64,000 nucleotides of DNA from positions 62,001 through 126,000 of the forward strand of contig JAPEUD010000042.1 in the NCBI GenBank assembly GCA_026026165.1, given 5' to 3'. The notes under the pieces are model-generated. The model saw nothing but the letters and a program-made list of their open reading frames with translations, made no database searches and was not told the DNA's origin. Every line of letters starts with the position of its first letter. Position 1 is the stretch's first letter. Both the position numbers and the translations under genes were made by a program. Shown here one piece after another: positions 38,549 through 51,133 of this stretch. Source of the stretch: Sarea resinae (taxonomy: Eukaryota).

Positions 38549-40401
38549 ATGTCTTCTTCGAACGACCAGCAAAATGCCATCAGACTGAATGCTTCAACTG
38601 TCGGCGTCATCGGCGCAGGCGTGAGCGGTGTCGCTGCGGCAAGACATCTGAAAGCTGCTGGTCTTAACGTTACTGTTTTTGAGCGTTCATCCGCAGCTGG
38701 GGGCGTCTGGTGAGGATCTTGATCTCGACTGCTCTAATCTTTACCCGTGTCGAATTTGTTGTCCTGAGTCTTACCGCGTTCTTGCGTCTGCTTCTCTAGG
38801 CTTTACGATGAACGCCGCCCGCTAGAACCAGATTATCCTTCTACTAAGCCATCTGTGGCCGATTTTGTTATAGATTCCGATAGCGATGACGAATTGGCTC
38901 AGGAAACGGAGCTTCATGAAGACGATAGCATACAGCTCAAGCATGGTCCGCCAGGGTTCGCCATCTCCTCTCCACCCCTTCCAAAATGATCCAGTCTGAT
39001 TCAATGACAGTCCGGCATACGAGGGATTATCGAACAATGTATCCACCCCTTTAATGCAACTGAAGGGACATCCATGGCCAGAAGGCACAGAGGACTATGT
39101 CAATCATCGCATTCTCAGTCAATATATTCAGGACGCTTCGCAGAAATATGGCGTCGAAGCATCTACCATATATGATACCCGGGTCGAAAGAGTTGAAAAA
39201 CGAGGAAGTAAATGGCGTTTTCGAACTACCACTTTAAGGAAAAATGGTCCAGGGAGTTGGAAAAAGATAAAGGCTTTTTGGGTATGTAGAGTAGTTCAAT
39301 CCTGGTGACAATTTTTCTAATCATTTTAAAGAACTTTGACGCCGTGGTGGTTGCATCTGGTCATTATCATGCCGAGAGAGTTCCCGATATTCCGGGCCTC
39401 AAAACATGGAAAGAACTTTGGCCCAACAGGGTTCAGCATTCAAAAAGCTATAGAATTCCGACAGAATTCAAAGACCAGGTGCAGATAGCCTTCCTCGAGA
39501 CAATATGACCTTTCTGACGGAAAATTAGACCGTTCTCTTGATCGGCGCTGGTGTCTCCTCCACGGATATTGCCCGAGAGTTGGGTACCGTAGCGACTAAG
39601 ATATATCAAAGCTCTCGTGGTGGCCGGTTTGCACTGCCATCAGATTTCTTACCCAAGAACGGCGTCCGAGTTGGCGAGATCGCATCTTTCGATACAATCA
39701 TCTCTGATTATGGCGGCGACTTCTCACTGCCCAAAGACCAATCCATTCCCGGCACGGTAACTTTAGTTGATGGCACTCAGCTCCACAACATTGATCGCAT
39801 CGTCGTTTGCACAGGTTACCACTGCAGCTACCCATTTCTCTCGCAATATCACGACGATTCTCTGTCCGTCCGATCAGCCAATGATACTATCCTCGTCACC
39901 GACGGCACTCAGGTCCACAATTTACACAAAGATATCTTCTACATCCCGGACCCGACCCTCGCCTTCCTAGGGGCTTCTTACCACATCGCCACCTTCTCCT
40001 TCTTCGAATTCCAGGCTGTTGCCATCGCCGCCGTATTTGCAGGCCGCGCAAGGCTACCTCCCGAAGAGGATATGAGGCGAGAATATAGAGAGCGCGTTGA
40101 GAGGAAAGGATACGGCCGTGCCTTCCACACGGTAGCAGATGAAGAGATTGAATATGTACAGAAGCTTGTGGATTGGCTGAACCACGACGCCGAGGTCTTG
40201 GGAATCAAAGAGAGGGTCGAGGGCCATACTGCGGAATGGCACCAGGCCAACACAGATCGGATAGTGAAATGGAAGAAGATTGTTGATGGGCAGAAGAAAG
40301 ATAGCGAGGTGCAGACGTTCAAGCCTGAGAGCATAGACAGCAAATTAGAGGCACTCAAGATTGAGAGTGCAGAGAGCCTGCCGGTCCTGTCACACGCTTA
40401 G
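38549..40401 (+). CDS. Flavin-containing monooxygenase (class B FMO-like), 5 exons
   Basis: FAD motif [10 protein letters not shown]...[26 protein letters not shown]-like motif [17 protein letters not shown] motif [12 protein letters not shown], and [12 protein letters not shown]. Confidence 0.92.
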
Positions 40402-40602
40402 GAAATAGGGCCATAGCTAGATATTGCCTTCTGATCATGTATCTACCGTGCTGTTCTGAGATTTATCATTTAAAGAGGACCTGTAAATGTCAAGATCTGA
40501 AAATCGGGTTTTGACCCCATGATTTGGTTGCCGTCCTTTAAGGGGCACGGCGTCGCATAGTGTCCCAGTCTATTCGGGTAGGTTGAGTGCTATCGGATAA
40601 GC

Positions 40603-40649
40603 TTTCGCGAGATATACAAGGACGCGTCTATATCATCACTACGCGTCTA
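40603..40649 (+). promoter_or_regulatory. Twin MCB (ACGCGT) boxes plus an SCB-like site upstream of MSH3
   Basis: ACGCGTCTA direct repeat at 40622 and 40641, and TTTCGCG at 40603; 105-150 nt upstream of the ATG. Confidence 0.6.
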
Positions 40650-40753
40650 CCGTAGAATCATGAGTTTATGATCGCCTCCACACCTACAATCCAAGATACT
40701 TGGGATCTCGAAAGAACGGCAGTGCTTTACTGCGGTGATTCGAATGTTGCACT

Positions 40754-43700
40754 ATGCCCGCCCCTCGCCTATCCCAATCGTCGGCCAAAAAGCAGCAGTC
40801 AATCTCAAGCTTCTTTACTCCGAAGCCTTCTTCCGCTGTCTCGAGCAGTCCTCCGCCTGCTACTTCCTCGGTCAGTCCGAAACTTGTTACTAACGGTGCC
40901 ATTCCTTCCAATGGCGATAGCTTGTTCTTGAGCGAAGATGAAGCCGACGATGATATTGATCCCCAACCTTCAAAGAGACCCAAACGGGGTCTCGAGTCTA
41001 AAGAAGGCGACACGACCCCAGATGCGGACGGTGGCGATGCGACTTTGCCGTCGCCCAAGAGACTGAAGACGAACGGTTCCCTGAGCGGGACAGCAAAACC
41101 AAAAATATCTGAGCGAACGTCCAAGTATCTGTTCTCTAGCTCTCCCCATCCGGAAGCAGAGGCCGCTTGTCAAGATGAAAACGAAGTCAGCCGCCGCGAG
41201 CGATTACACCAGAAGTTTGTGAAGAAACTCGGCAAGCCGGATAGTTTCAACGAGATCAAAAGGAGACGATGGAATGGTGCTGCGGAGAACGCCGAAGCCG
41301 AAGATGCGGACGAAGATTCGGAGGCTCAAGAGGATGAGGCCGACACGGCGAAGCCAGTAGCCAAGGGCAGAAAAGGAGTGGCAGCTAAGAAGGGCGGAAC
41401 CAAGTTGACACCGATGGAGAGACAGGTCATCGAGATCAAAAAGAAGCATATGGATACGCTACTGGTCATCGAAGTCGGCTACAAGTTCCGGTTCTTCGGA
41501 GAAGACGCAAGGACAGCAGCGAAAGAACTATCTATCGTGTGCATTCCAGGCAAATTTCGATTTGACGAGCGTACGTCTCTGCTTCCTCATGTTGTGGGCT
41601 GAAGCTGAATGATTATGTCAGATCCGTCAGAGGCTCATATAGACCGCTTTGCTTCTGCCAGCATACCCGTACACCGACTGCATGTTCATGTCAGACGACT
41701 CGTAGCTGCAGGACACAAAGTTGGTGTTGTGAGGCAACTTGAGACTGCCGCACTGAAAGCTGCGGGTGATAACAGAAATGCGCCCTTCGTACGGAAGCTC
41801 ACCAATCTATACACAAAGGGAACCTACATAGATGATGTCGAGGGATTGGAAGGCCCAGTACAAGGGCCTAGTGGAGGCGCTCCGGCGTCAGGCTATCTAC
41901 TCAGCATTACCGAGACGAATGCTAAAGGCTGGGGTACAGATGAGAAGGTGCAGGTTGGGATCGTTGCCGTTCAGCCCGCTACCGGCGATGTCATATATGA
42001 TGATTTCGAGGATGGCTTCATGCGAAGCGAAATCGAAACGAGACTTTTACATATCGCTCCGTGCGAATTTCTCCTCGTTGGAACTCTGTCTAAGGCTACT
42101 GAGAAGCTAGTCCAGCACCTTTCTGGAAGTAAGACCAACGTCTTCGGCGACAAGATCCGCGTCGAACGAGTTGACAAGTCCAAAACAAAGGCTGCTCAAG
42201 CTTACAGTCACGTTTCGAATTTCTATGCCAACAAAATGAAGAGTGCAAACTCTCCAGACGGCGAAAGAGACAGCAACCTCCTTGAAAAGGTTCTTAAATT
42301 ATCGGAGCCCGTCACTATCTGTCTATCAGCAATGATCACACATCTAGAAGAGTACGGTCTCGAGCATGTTTTCGATCTCACAAAGTATTTTCAGTCCTTT
42401 AGCGCACGATCACATATGCTCCTGAACGGAAATACTCTCACAAGCTTGGAGATATATCGCAATCAGACAGACAATTCCGAGAAGGGAAGTCTTTTTTGGG
42501 CCCTGGATCGTACGCATACACGATTTGGTCGGCGAATGCTTCGAAAGTGGGTGGGCCGGCCGCTGCTTGATAAGCGCAAACTAGAGGATAGAATTGCGGC
42601 AGTCGAAGAATTGAAGGATAACGAATCATCTTCTACTGTCGATAAACTCAAAGGTCTGCTATCAAAGGTGAAAAGTGATCTGGAGAAGAGTCTCATCCGC
42701 ATATATTACGGCAAGGTACTGTTTGGCTTTACCTTCCGGGACGAGTTCTGCTGACAGATATCCAGTGCACTCGACCCGAGCTTTTGGCCGTACTGCAGAC
42801 TATGCAACGAATCGCGAGCGAATTCGCGTATTTGAAGTCTGCCCAAGACGTAGGTTTTAAGGCCGATGCACTCAATCAAGCTATTGCCGTTTTACCAACC
42901 ATATCTGAAGACGTGATTCGATATCTGGACAAGATAAATCCGGAAGCAGCAAGGAGCGATGACAAGTACTCGTTCTTCCGTGAGGAAGTCGAGAGCGAAG
43001 ACATTACAGAGCACAAAATGGTAAGCCTTGAGAGCGATCACCAAGATAAATCCCAAAACTTATCATTATTCAGGGCATTGCAGGGGTTGAACATGAGCTC
43101 GATGAACATCGGGCTACGGCCGCAGAGAAGGTCCGCAAGAAGGTCATAAATTATGTGACGGTCGCTGGCATCGAGGTTTGTTTGAGGAACTTCCACTGGG
43201 AGGAAATACTAACAATTCTCAGTACCTCATCGAGATAGAGAATACACAATTGAAGAATGTCCCGGCATCATGGTTGAAGATCAGTGGAACAAAGCGGGTG
43301 TCTCGCTTTCATACGCCTGAGGTTGTCCGCCTGATCCGGGAACGTGACCAGCATAAGGAGGCTCTGGCCGCTGCCTGTGACGTTGCCTTTTCGTCACTTC
43401 TTGGTGAGATTTCAGGAGACTACCAGTCTTTCCGAGACTGTGTTCAATCACTGGCCACCCTAGACTGCCTGCTCTCTTTGGCTACTGTCGCAAGTCAACC
43501 CGGCTACGTCAAGCCAGATTACAGCGACGAAACCTGCATCAACGTGGAGCAAGGCCGGCACCCCATGGTCGAACAGCTCCTCGTGGAAAGCTACGTCCCC
43601 AACGACACTGACATCTCCGCAACAGCCACCCGGGCGCTCCTCATCACGGGACCAAACATGGGGGGAAAGTCGAGCTATGTCCGCCAGGTCGCATTGATAG

Positions 43701-44350
43701 CCGTAATGGGCCAGATCGGATCGTACGTCCCAGCAGCCTCCGCGCGCCTCGGCATGCTCGACGCTGTCTTTACCCGCATGGGTGCTTTTGACAATATGAT
43801 GGCCGGCGAGTCTACATTTATGGTCGAACTCTCCGAGACCTCTGATATCCTCAAGCAAGCCTCACCCCGTTCTCTGATCATCCTCGATGAACTCGGCCGT
43901 GGAACATCAACACACGACGGTGTGGCCATTGCCCAGGCTGTTTTGCATTACATTGTTGAACAGCTGAAGAGTCTGACTATGTTCATTACGCATTATCAGA
44001 ACCTGAGTGCTCTTGCTAAGACGTACAAGCATGCGGAGCTGAAGAATGTGCACATGAAATTTACGGAGAGTGGTCAAGATGGACAAGATATTACCTTCTT
44101 GTATGAGGTTGGCGAGGGTGTCGCTCACAGGTCGTATGGTCTCAATGTGGCTCGTCTTGCACAGCTTCCCAAAGCGGTTCTGGACGTGGCGGCCGTCAAA
44201 TCCAAGGAGCTAGAAGATAATGTTCGAGAGAAACGATTCTATAATCTGTCACAGACTCTTTCCGGAGTTCTAGCTCAGGCGTCATCGGAGTCCGTCACAA
44301 TGGATGATGAGAAGTTGGATCAGCTTGTTAAGGGGATTGAGCAGTTGTGA
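40754..44350 (+). CDS. MSH3: DNA mismatch repair protein MutS homologue 3 (5 exons)
   Basis: N-terminal PIP box [15 protein letters not shown], the MSH3-typical [21 protein letters not shown], Walker [33 protein letters not shown] and [10 protein letters not shown]. Confidence 0.96.
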
Positions 44351-45427
44351 TGCTCTTCGAATTAGCGTTTGGCGTCTCGGTATCCTGTAATAGTTTCAAT
44401 GGGCTTTAGGTGGTCCCTAGAACTCCTAGAGATTGCTGGAATCTATGGGTCGTGACGGCATAAAGCGGTCTTTGCAATGTGTCTTCACTCTCCTGCTTCC
44501 ACATCTGCTTGCTTGTCTTTTTACTTTCTATCCGTCCTCAAAAGAATCGAGCTTTAATATGGGGTATCCGCCTGAAAATTTAGAATAGCTCGAAAGAAAG
44601 TCTCTTCATGACCCTTCGCTGCGACGCTTGACTTGAAAGATCTCGTATAAATGAACGGGAAATCTGAAACCGTCCGTCCAGCCAGCCCGCTACGTAAGGC
44701 GTCTCTAGAGTCATACCAATATTTAAGAACAGATCGACGCCCATGCCGCCCGACAGGTACAGGAAGAGCTTGAGCCAGATGACATTGATAATGATATGGG
44801 CTAGCTTCGTGTCAAGGAGGGGCGATCGCGAATCTGGGGCATCGGCATCGGCATGAATGTGCAGATGGAGGGCGTGGTACAGCAGGTGGAGAACCACCGC
44901 AAGGGAGAAGCAGAATTATTGTCTCTAAGGTCTCTTCTCGTGCTTCTGGTCCTCGATTACTCTGGACTAATGGTGTTGACTCATTATCATCATGAGATTG
45001 TTATTCACATTTCCCCATCCATACATCCTTGCCGCTAATCTTATCTTATCGAGAAATCTGAGTCACCGACGTCAAGGAATCATCTTAGTCAGATTCGCGG
45101 TTACCTGCCTCATTTGCCTGTGGACCTTCAAGAACGACTCGCCACTTCAGCTCTTATTTACTCCCTTCCTTCCCATCCAGCCAGACAAACTACTCTGCAG
45201 TGAAATCGATATCTTCAGCGCGGCATTGCGGCTCTCGTTCTTACCTCAATATTGCTATATTGCCGTTTCTATCTGTTCAAGCGGGCTATTTTTTCGAAGC
45301 CCGTAGTTTCCTTTCAACACAAGCCTCCCGTTCACATTCACCATTCACTCTACCGTCGAAGCGGTAAATTCCACTCTAAAGAAGGAAGAATTTCTTCCGT
45401 CTCCCCGGATCTCAATACGTTCACGAT

Positions 45428-48400
45428 ATGGCCACGGCTTCTTCGATACCGCCACCAACAGACCAGTCGTCACACCGCCCGCCAAGACAACGACACCGAG
45501 TTCGAAAACCTCGACGCAACGGCGATCCACCTCAAGGACCCCAACCACCTGGGGCTTCTGTAGAAAAAGATATGTCCGAGACTGGCAAAAGAGGCCAAGG
45601 ACGCGGAGCCGCGAATGCCGCATTAGCGATGCGACCTTCTTCGATCCCACCTGCTACGCAAACGTCTTCGGCAGATGGGTCGAGCGCAGAGACGACTGCG
45701 ACGCAGCGTAGTACTCGAAAAACCAGAAGCCGTGGTAGGGGAGGAGCAGGAGGTCAACAAAACCATAGAGGCAAAAACTCCATGACGAACAACCCGGCCA
45801 CGACGAACGGCTCTCATGGACAGGCGCCGCAACAGATGCGAGGTGCAGGGCGAAGAATAAACCCTGGGCGTCAGTTTGGCGGCCAGCTAACTGGCCCTGA
45901 TGGAACAGTGCAACCCGAAAATTCTATCTTCTCCTTGCAAGCAGATGCGCCTGAATTCCGGCCAGGTGAGAGACACGAAGCCCGGGCACTTACAGGACCC
46001 AGGACCAAGGCTACAGCTCCGAAACATGACAAAATGCCAACCAATCCGACGAGAGCTCGGCGAATGTCCAAGTCCTCGGCTCCGGATATTGCCACCAGAA
46101 CACATGAGGATATAGACAATGGATCTTACGAATGTCCCATTTGCACGAATGAGGTCATGCGGAATTCTAAGATTTGGTCCTGCAAGACTTGCTGGACGGT
46201 CTTTCATCTCAGCTGCATCAAGAGGTGGTCCAAAAACGAGGGCTCCAGTCTCGCCCAGCAACAAGCTCAGAACGGTGACATTCATCCACCGCGTCAGTGG
46301 AGATGTCCTGGATGTAATCTCCCTAAAGACACAATGCCTAGTGTTTATACATGCTGGTGCGAGAAAGAGGCTGATCCAAGGCCTGTCTCTGGTCTGCCGC
46401 CACATTCTTGCGGACAAACGTGCGGTAAAGCTCGGGTGACGCCCAGAAAGTGCCCCCACCCGTGCGAATTGTTGTGTCACGCCGGACCATGCCCGCCTTG
46501 TCCTCACACCGGTCCAACAATGTCTTGCTTTTGCGGCAAGCATACTAGTACCAGGAGATGTCTAGACACCGATTACGACAAAGGGTGGAATTGTGGAGAA
46601 GTCTGTGGAGATCTCATGCCCTGCGGCGAACATTATTGCCAACGAGAATGTCATGAGGGACTCTGTGGAGCCTGTGAGACGAGAGTCGATGCTCGCTGCT
46701 ACTGTGGAAAGATCGAAAAACCTATCCTTTGCTGCGATAAAGGAGATGAAAAGGATAGTAGGGAGGCTATCTATGATGAGGATGGAGGGAAGTTTGTCGA
46801 GGAATGGACTGGGATGTTCAAGTGCGGGAATATCTGTGACAGGACATTCGATTGTGGCAAGCACAAGTGCCAGAAAGAATGTCACCCTCAAGAAGCAAGG
46901 CCAACGCACTGTCCTCAGTCGCCGGACGCTGTGACACATTGCCCTTGCGGAAAGACACCGCTGGATGAACTCACAGACCGAAAGCGAAAGTCATGCCAAG
47001 ATCCTATTCCAAATTGCAAGAAGGAATGTCTCAAGCTTCTGCCTTGTGGTCATCATTGTCGGAGGGTATGTCATGCTGGCCAATGCGACTCATGTCTGCA
47101 AACTGTCTACATTTCTTGTCGCTGTGGGCGCACGAACTCAGCGACCATGTGCCACCAAGGCACTGAGGAGCAACCTCAATGCGTGCGAATATGCCGAGCA
47201 ACTCTCAATTGCGGACGACATGAATGTGGTGAGCGCTGCTGTCCTGGTGAAAGAAAGGCTGCCGAACGCCAATCCTCAAAGCGGAAGCCGCGCCCATTGA
47301 ATGCCCCACCTCGTCCTATCGAAGATAGCTTTGAAGCAGAGCACATATGCACCCGCGTATGTGGACGCTTACTCAAGTGTGGGAATCATACATGTGCGGA
47401 ACTCTGCCACAAAGGGCCTTGTGGAAGTTGTAGAGAAGCTATCTTCGACGAGATCAGCTGCCATTGCGGACGCACAGTCTTGCAACCTCCTCTACCGTGT
47501 GGTACGAAGCCACCGCCTTGCAGGCTCAATTGCGAACGACCGAAGAATTGCGGACATCCTCAGATTCCTCACAGCTGCCATCAAGACGACGAATCATGTC
47601 CTAAATGTCCTTTTCTTACGGAAAAAACATGTCTATGTGGCAGAAACACATTGAAAAATCAACCCTGCTGGCTCTCAGAGCCTCGGTGTGGTGAAATATG
47701 CGGCAAAATCCTGAAGTGTGGATCGCACAGGTGCCGCAAACCTTGCCATAAGCCTGGAGAGTGCGAAGATGCATTACAAGCGTGCGGGCAGGCTTGCGGC
47801 AAGCCAAAGAAAGCCTGTGGACATCCTTGTGAGGAACGATGCCATGCTCCATACCCGTGTCGAGAGGAGAAGCCGTGCATACACAAGGTTCTCATCACCT
47901 GCGACTGCCAACATTTGAAGCAAGAGATGAAATGCAATGCTTCCAAGCACGGTGAGGGTAATATCAAGAAGAGCCTTAAATGTGACGACGAGTGCGCCCG
48001 GCTTGAGCGAAACCGCAAGCTTGCATTGGCGCTCAACGTCGATCCCGAAGCTCACAAGGATGACCATGTTCCCTACTCACAGGAGACGCTATCCCTATTC
48101 CAAGAGAATGTGAAATGGGCACAACAGTATGAACGTGAGTTTCGCGTCTTTGCGGTTGACGAGAATGAGAAACGCCTACGATTCAAGCCCATGCCCGCTC
48201 ACCAGAGGGCTTTCCTGCACGCCCTGGCCGAAGACTTCGGGCTCGACAGCGAAAGTATGGATCCAGAGCCTCACCGACACGTCGCCGTGTTCAAGACCCC
48301 TCGCTTCGTCGCAGCACCAATGAAGACACTTGCCGACTGTGTCAGGATTAGGAACGCCGGCGTCGCAGCGGAGCCGCAGAAGAAAAAGGCCGCCAGTAGT

Positions 48401-49165
48401 GCACTCACCAGTAACGCACCCTTCAACGGTTTTCTCCTTACGTCGCCGCGCTTCGGCCTGACAATTGAAGAATTGCAATCCGACCTTGCTGGTGTGCTCC
48501 GCGACACAGCTACAAAATCGGGCGTTTCGTTCAAGATTTCCTTCCTCCCTAGCGAGGAAATCGTTCTCAAAGCCACGACTTCGTCGAGCTCCAGCAGCTC
48601 GAATTCAGCTCTCACCATTGACCGTGCCGTCGAACCCCACATCAAAGCTCTCAAGCCCGTACTTGCGCAACTCATCGCGTCCAAGTCTCTAGCAGGCGCC
48701 ACGTTCATGGTCAATCTAGACGACAGCCTCAATGTCGCGCGTCGCGAGTTCGACTCTTCGTCTTCAACCGTCGACGGCAGTGGTGGATGGAGTCAAGTGG
48801 CAGCCAAAGCGGCAGCACCGCAGCGAGCGCCGAGGCTGGCGCCTTTGGGCGGGAAGAGTAGTTTCATGGTCTTGCAGAGTCGGATGGCCGAGGCGAGGAG
48901 GAAGAAAGAGGAAGATGCGCGACGGAGCGAGAGTGTGGTTGATGATTGGGAGGAGGCGGAGATGGAGGAGGAGAGAAGGGAAGTGGAGGGGAGGGAGGGG
49001 GAGGGGAGGGAGGGGGAGGGGAATGTAGTGACCGAGGGGAAGGAGACTGAGGTTGTGAATGGAGGAGTAGGGTTGCATGAGGGTGGTGATGCTGGTGCTG
49101 TTCACGTTGTTGAGGCACCTGCTACCAACAGCCTCCCTCCAATCCCTGTCGATGCCACTCAGCCT

Positions 49166-49202
<37 letters not shown>

Positions 49203-49345
49203 CAACGGCAACGACAGAAGCCAACAAAGCCGAAGCTGAGATCGCGCCTCCTATCGCTAATGCTGCCGAACTTCCTCGTCCTCTCCAGGACCACGAGCAG
49301 CCCTCTGCCACAGCCACCGAAATCCCTGCTCCTGCTTTCCTCGTA

Positions 49346-49386
<41 letters not shown>

Positions 49387-49429
49387 TGAGCATGGACTCA
49401 GCCCCGACGACCCTCGGCAAGAAATGTGA
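45428..49429 (+). CDS. FAP1: NF-X1/Fap1/shuttle-craft family protein (PAM2-like, RING, NF-X1 zinc fingers, R3H)
   Basis: RING CPICTNEV...WSCKTCWTVFHLSC...WRCPGC, multiple CGxHxCxxxCHxGxC fingers, R3H (FKPMPAHQRAFLHALAEDFGLDSESMDPEPHRHV) and PAM2-like SLQADAPEFRP. Single 1333-aa ORF. Confidence 0.9.
49167..49392 (+). repeat. Coding microsatellites (ACG)n (poly-Thr) and (GAGCAC)n (His-Glu) in the NF-X1 C-terminal tail
   Basis: acgacgacg... at ~49168-49200 and gagcacgagcac... at ~49346-49392. Confidence 0.85.
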
Positions 49430-51133
49430 GTGAGGTAGAAAAGAGAAAATGCACAGTGGCGTCTGAAAAGAATCCGAAGCCAAAGCTAGAGCCAACATGT
49501 GCAAAGTCGAAAGGAAGCTTGAAACCGCCAATCGAAAAGAAGAAATAGAAATGGGGATGGGGATGGAGATGGAGTGTGAAGCTACCTACTTTCGCCCCGA
49601 GCCTGAACCTGAGCTTGAGCTCGAGCTGGACACTCTAGCGGATCAGATGGTCATCTATCATCGCTTTTCTCTCCGTCATACAAAATCATCATCACTCTCA
49701 TCCCGTCTCGTCCCGTCTCGTCTCGACTGTTCTCGTCCAGCCCTCCTGCCTTGGACGTACCTGCCTGTCCCTTCTGTTCCGTCTTCCTTAGCTAGCCACC
49801 CTGTCCGATCAAGATCAAGCGAGTCATAGAACACCTAGCCATAGCCATAACCATAAATAGAAAGAACTAATAGCTCCAGCAGACATGATACCGCGTATCC
49901 AAGTGACCCAAAATACCTTTGCAACGACCCAATAAAGAATACCGACACCGCCGCCGACACCGCCGCTGACAATGACGATAATGACGACGATAATAGCGAG
50001 GGATGGATGCACGGATGTGATCATACGTAGATAACACGGCTCCATGGATCGATGTGATTGATCATCACCGGGTAGGATCTTTTCCTTTCATTCAATATTA
50101 CAAGTAAAAACAAGAAGATGGATCATCGTTTCCTTTTTCTTTTCCCTTCCCTTCCCTTGCCATTCCCTTTCGATTTCCTTCGATTTCATTCCATTTCACT
50201 CCCATCCCATCCCATCCCATCCCATGATAAACCCCGCCACCTCTCTCCCTCTCTCCCTCTCTCCCTTCCCATAAACCCCCCGCTTCCCCCCCCCCTAGAT
50301 CAAAAGAAACGCCGAGCAGGGGGAGGGAGGAAAAAAAGAGAAGAAAGAGGCGAACGAAAAAGAAAGAAGACCAAAGGAAAAGAAAAAAGGGGGAGGGGGG
50401 GGAATCGAAAAAGATAAAAAAAAAAAAACGGGTGATTTCACAGAGGCGCGGGCTTTGCCTATTTTCCATATCCCATTTGCGGGGGGCCCAACGCGGGAGG
50501 GGGGAAGGGTATTGGTAGAGGGTATTGGTATCGGTACTGTGGATATTGCATTGCACGCACGCCCCTGCCTTTGCCTAGGTAGTTTCCTCTCTGCCACATA
50601 CAAAAATCAATCCGTCCCGTGCGATCCCGTGCGAGCCCGTGCGATAATACCCTCGAGTCCCGTCCCGTAATGTAAACTAATGTACCAACCAACCAACCAA
50701 TCAATCAATCAAAACCCCAATCCAGGACGATTTCCCCTTTTCGGTGTGTGTGTGTGCGTATGTGTGTGTGAGTGCTCGGTTGGAAAGGGAGAAAGGAAAA
50801 ACGCTCGGATGGACGGACGCCGCAAAACGGTATAATCCCAATCACATGTCGGATCTAGAAGAAGGGAGAAAGAAGAGGAAGAAAAAATTGATCCCGAGCG
50901 CCTTAGCTTTGGTATAGTATGATAGACAGCAATGCCGATGCGGTGGATGGATGCGTAAGTAGAAAAAACCCATGGATGCGTGAAGTAGATGAAATGATCC
51001 GATGCGTAAAGTAGCGAACAACGTCGAATGGCTTGATGCCGAATATGAAGACAAGGCATCTCCGCGAGAAATGAACCCAGTTCGCAGATGACGGGTGGTG
51101 ATACAAGTGGCGACGACAACGAGGAGGACATCT

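Noticed and set aside
19820..40401. Oxidoreductases plus a methyltransferase as a possible secondary-metabolite cluster
   Set aside because: No PKS, NRPS or terpene synthase, and the genes are interspersed with housekeeping genes (RPB11, PAN1).
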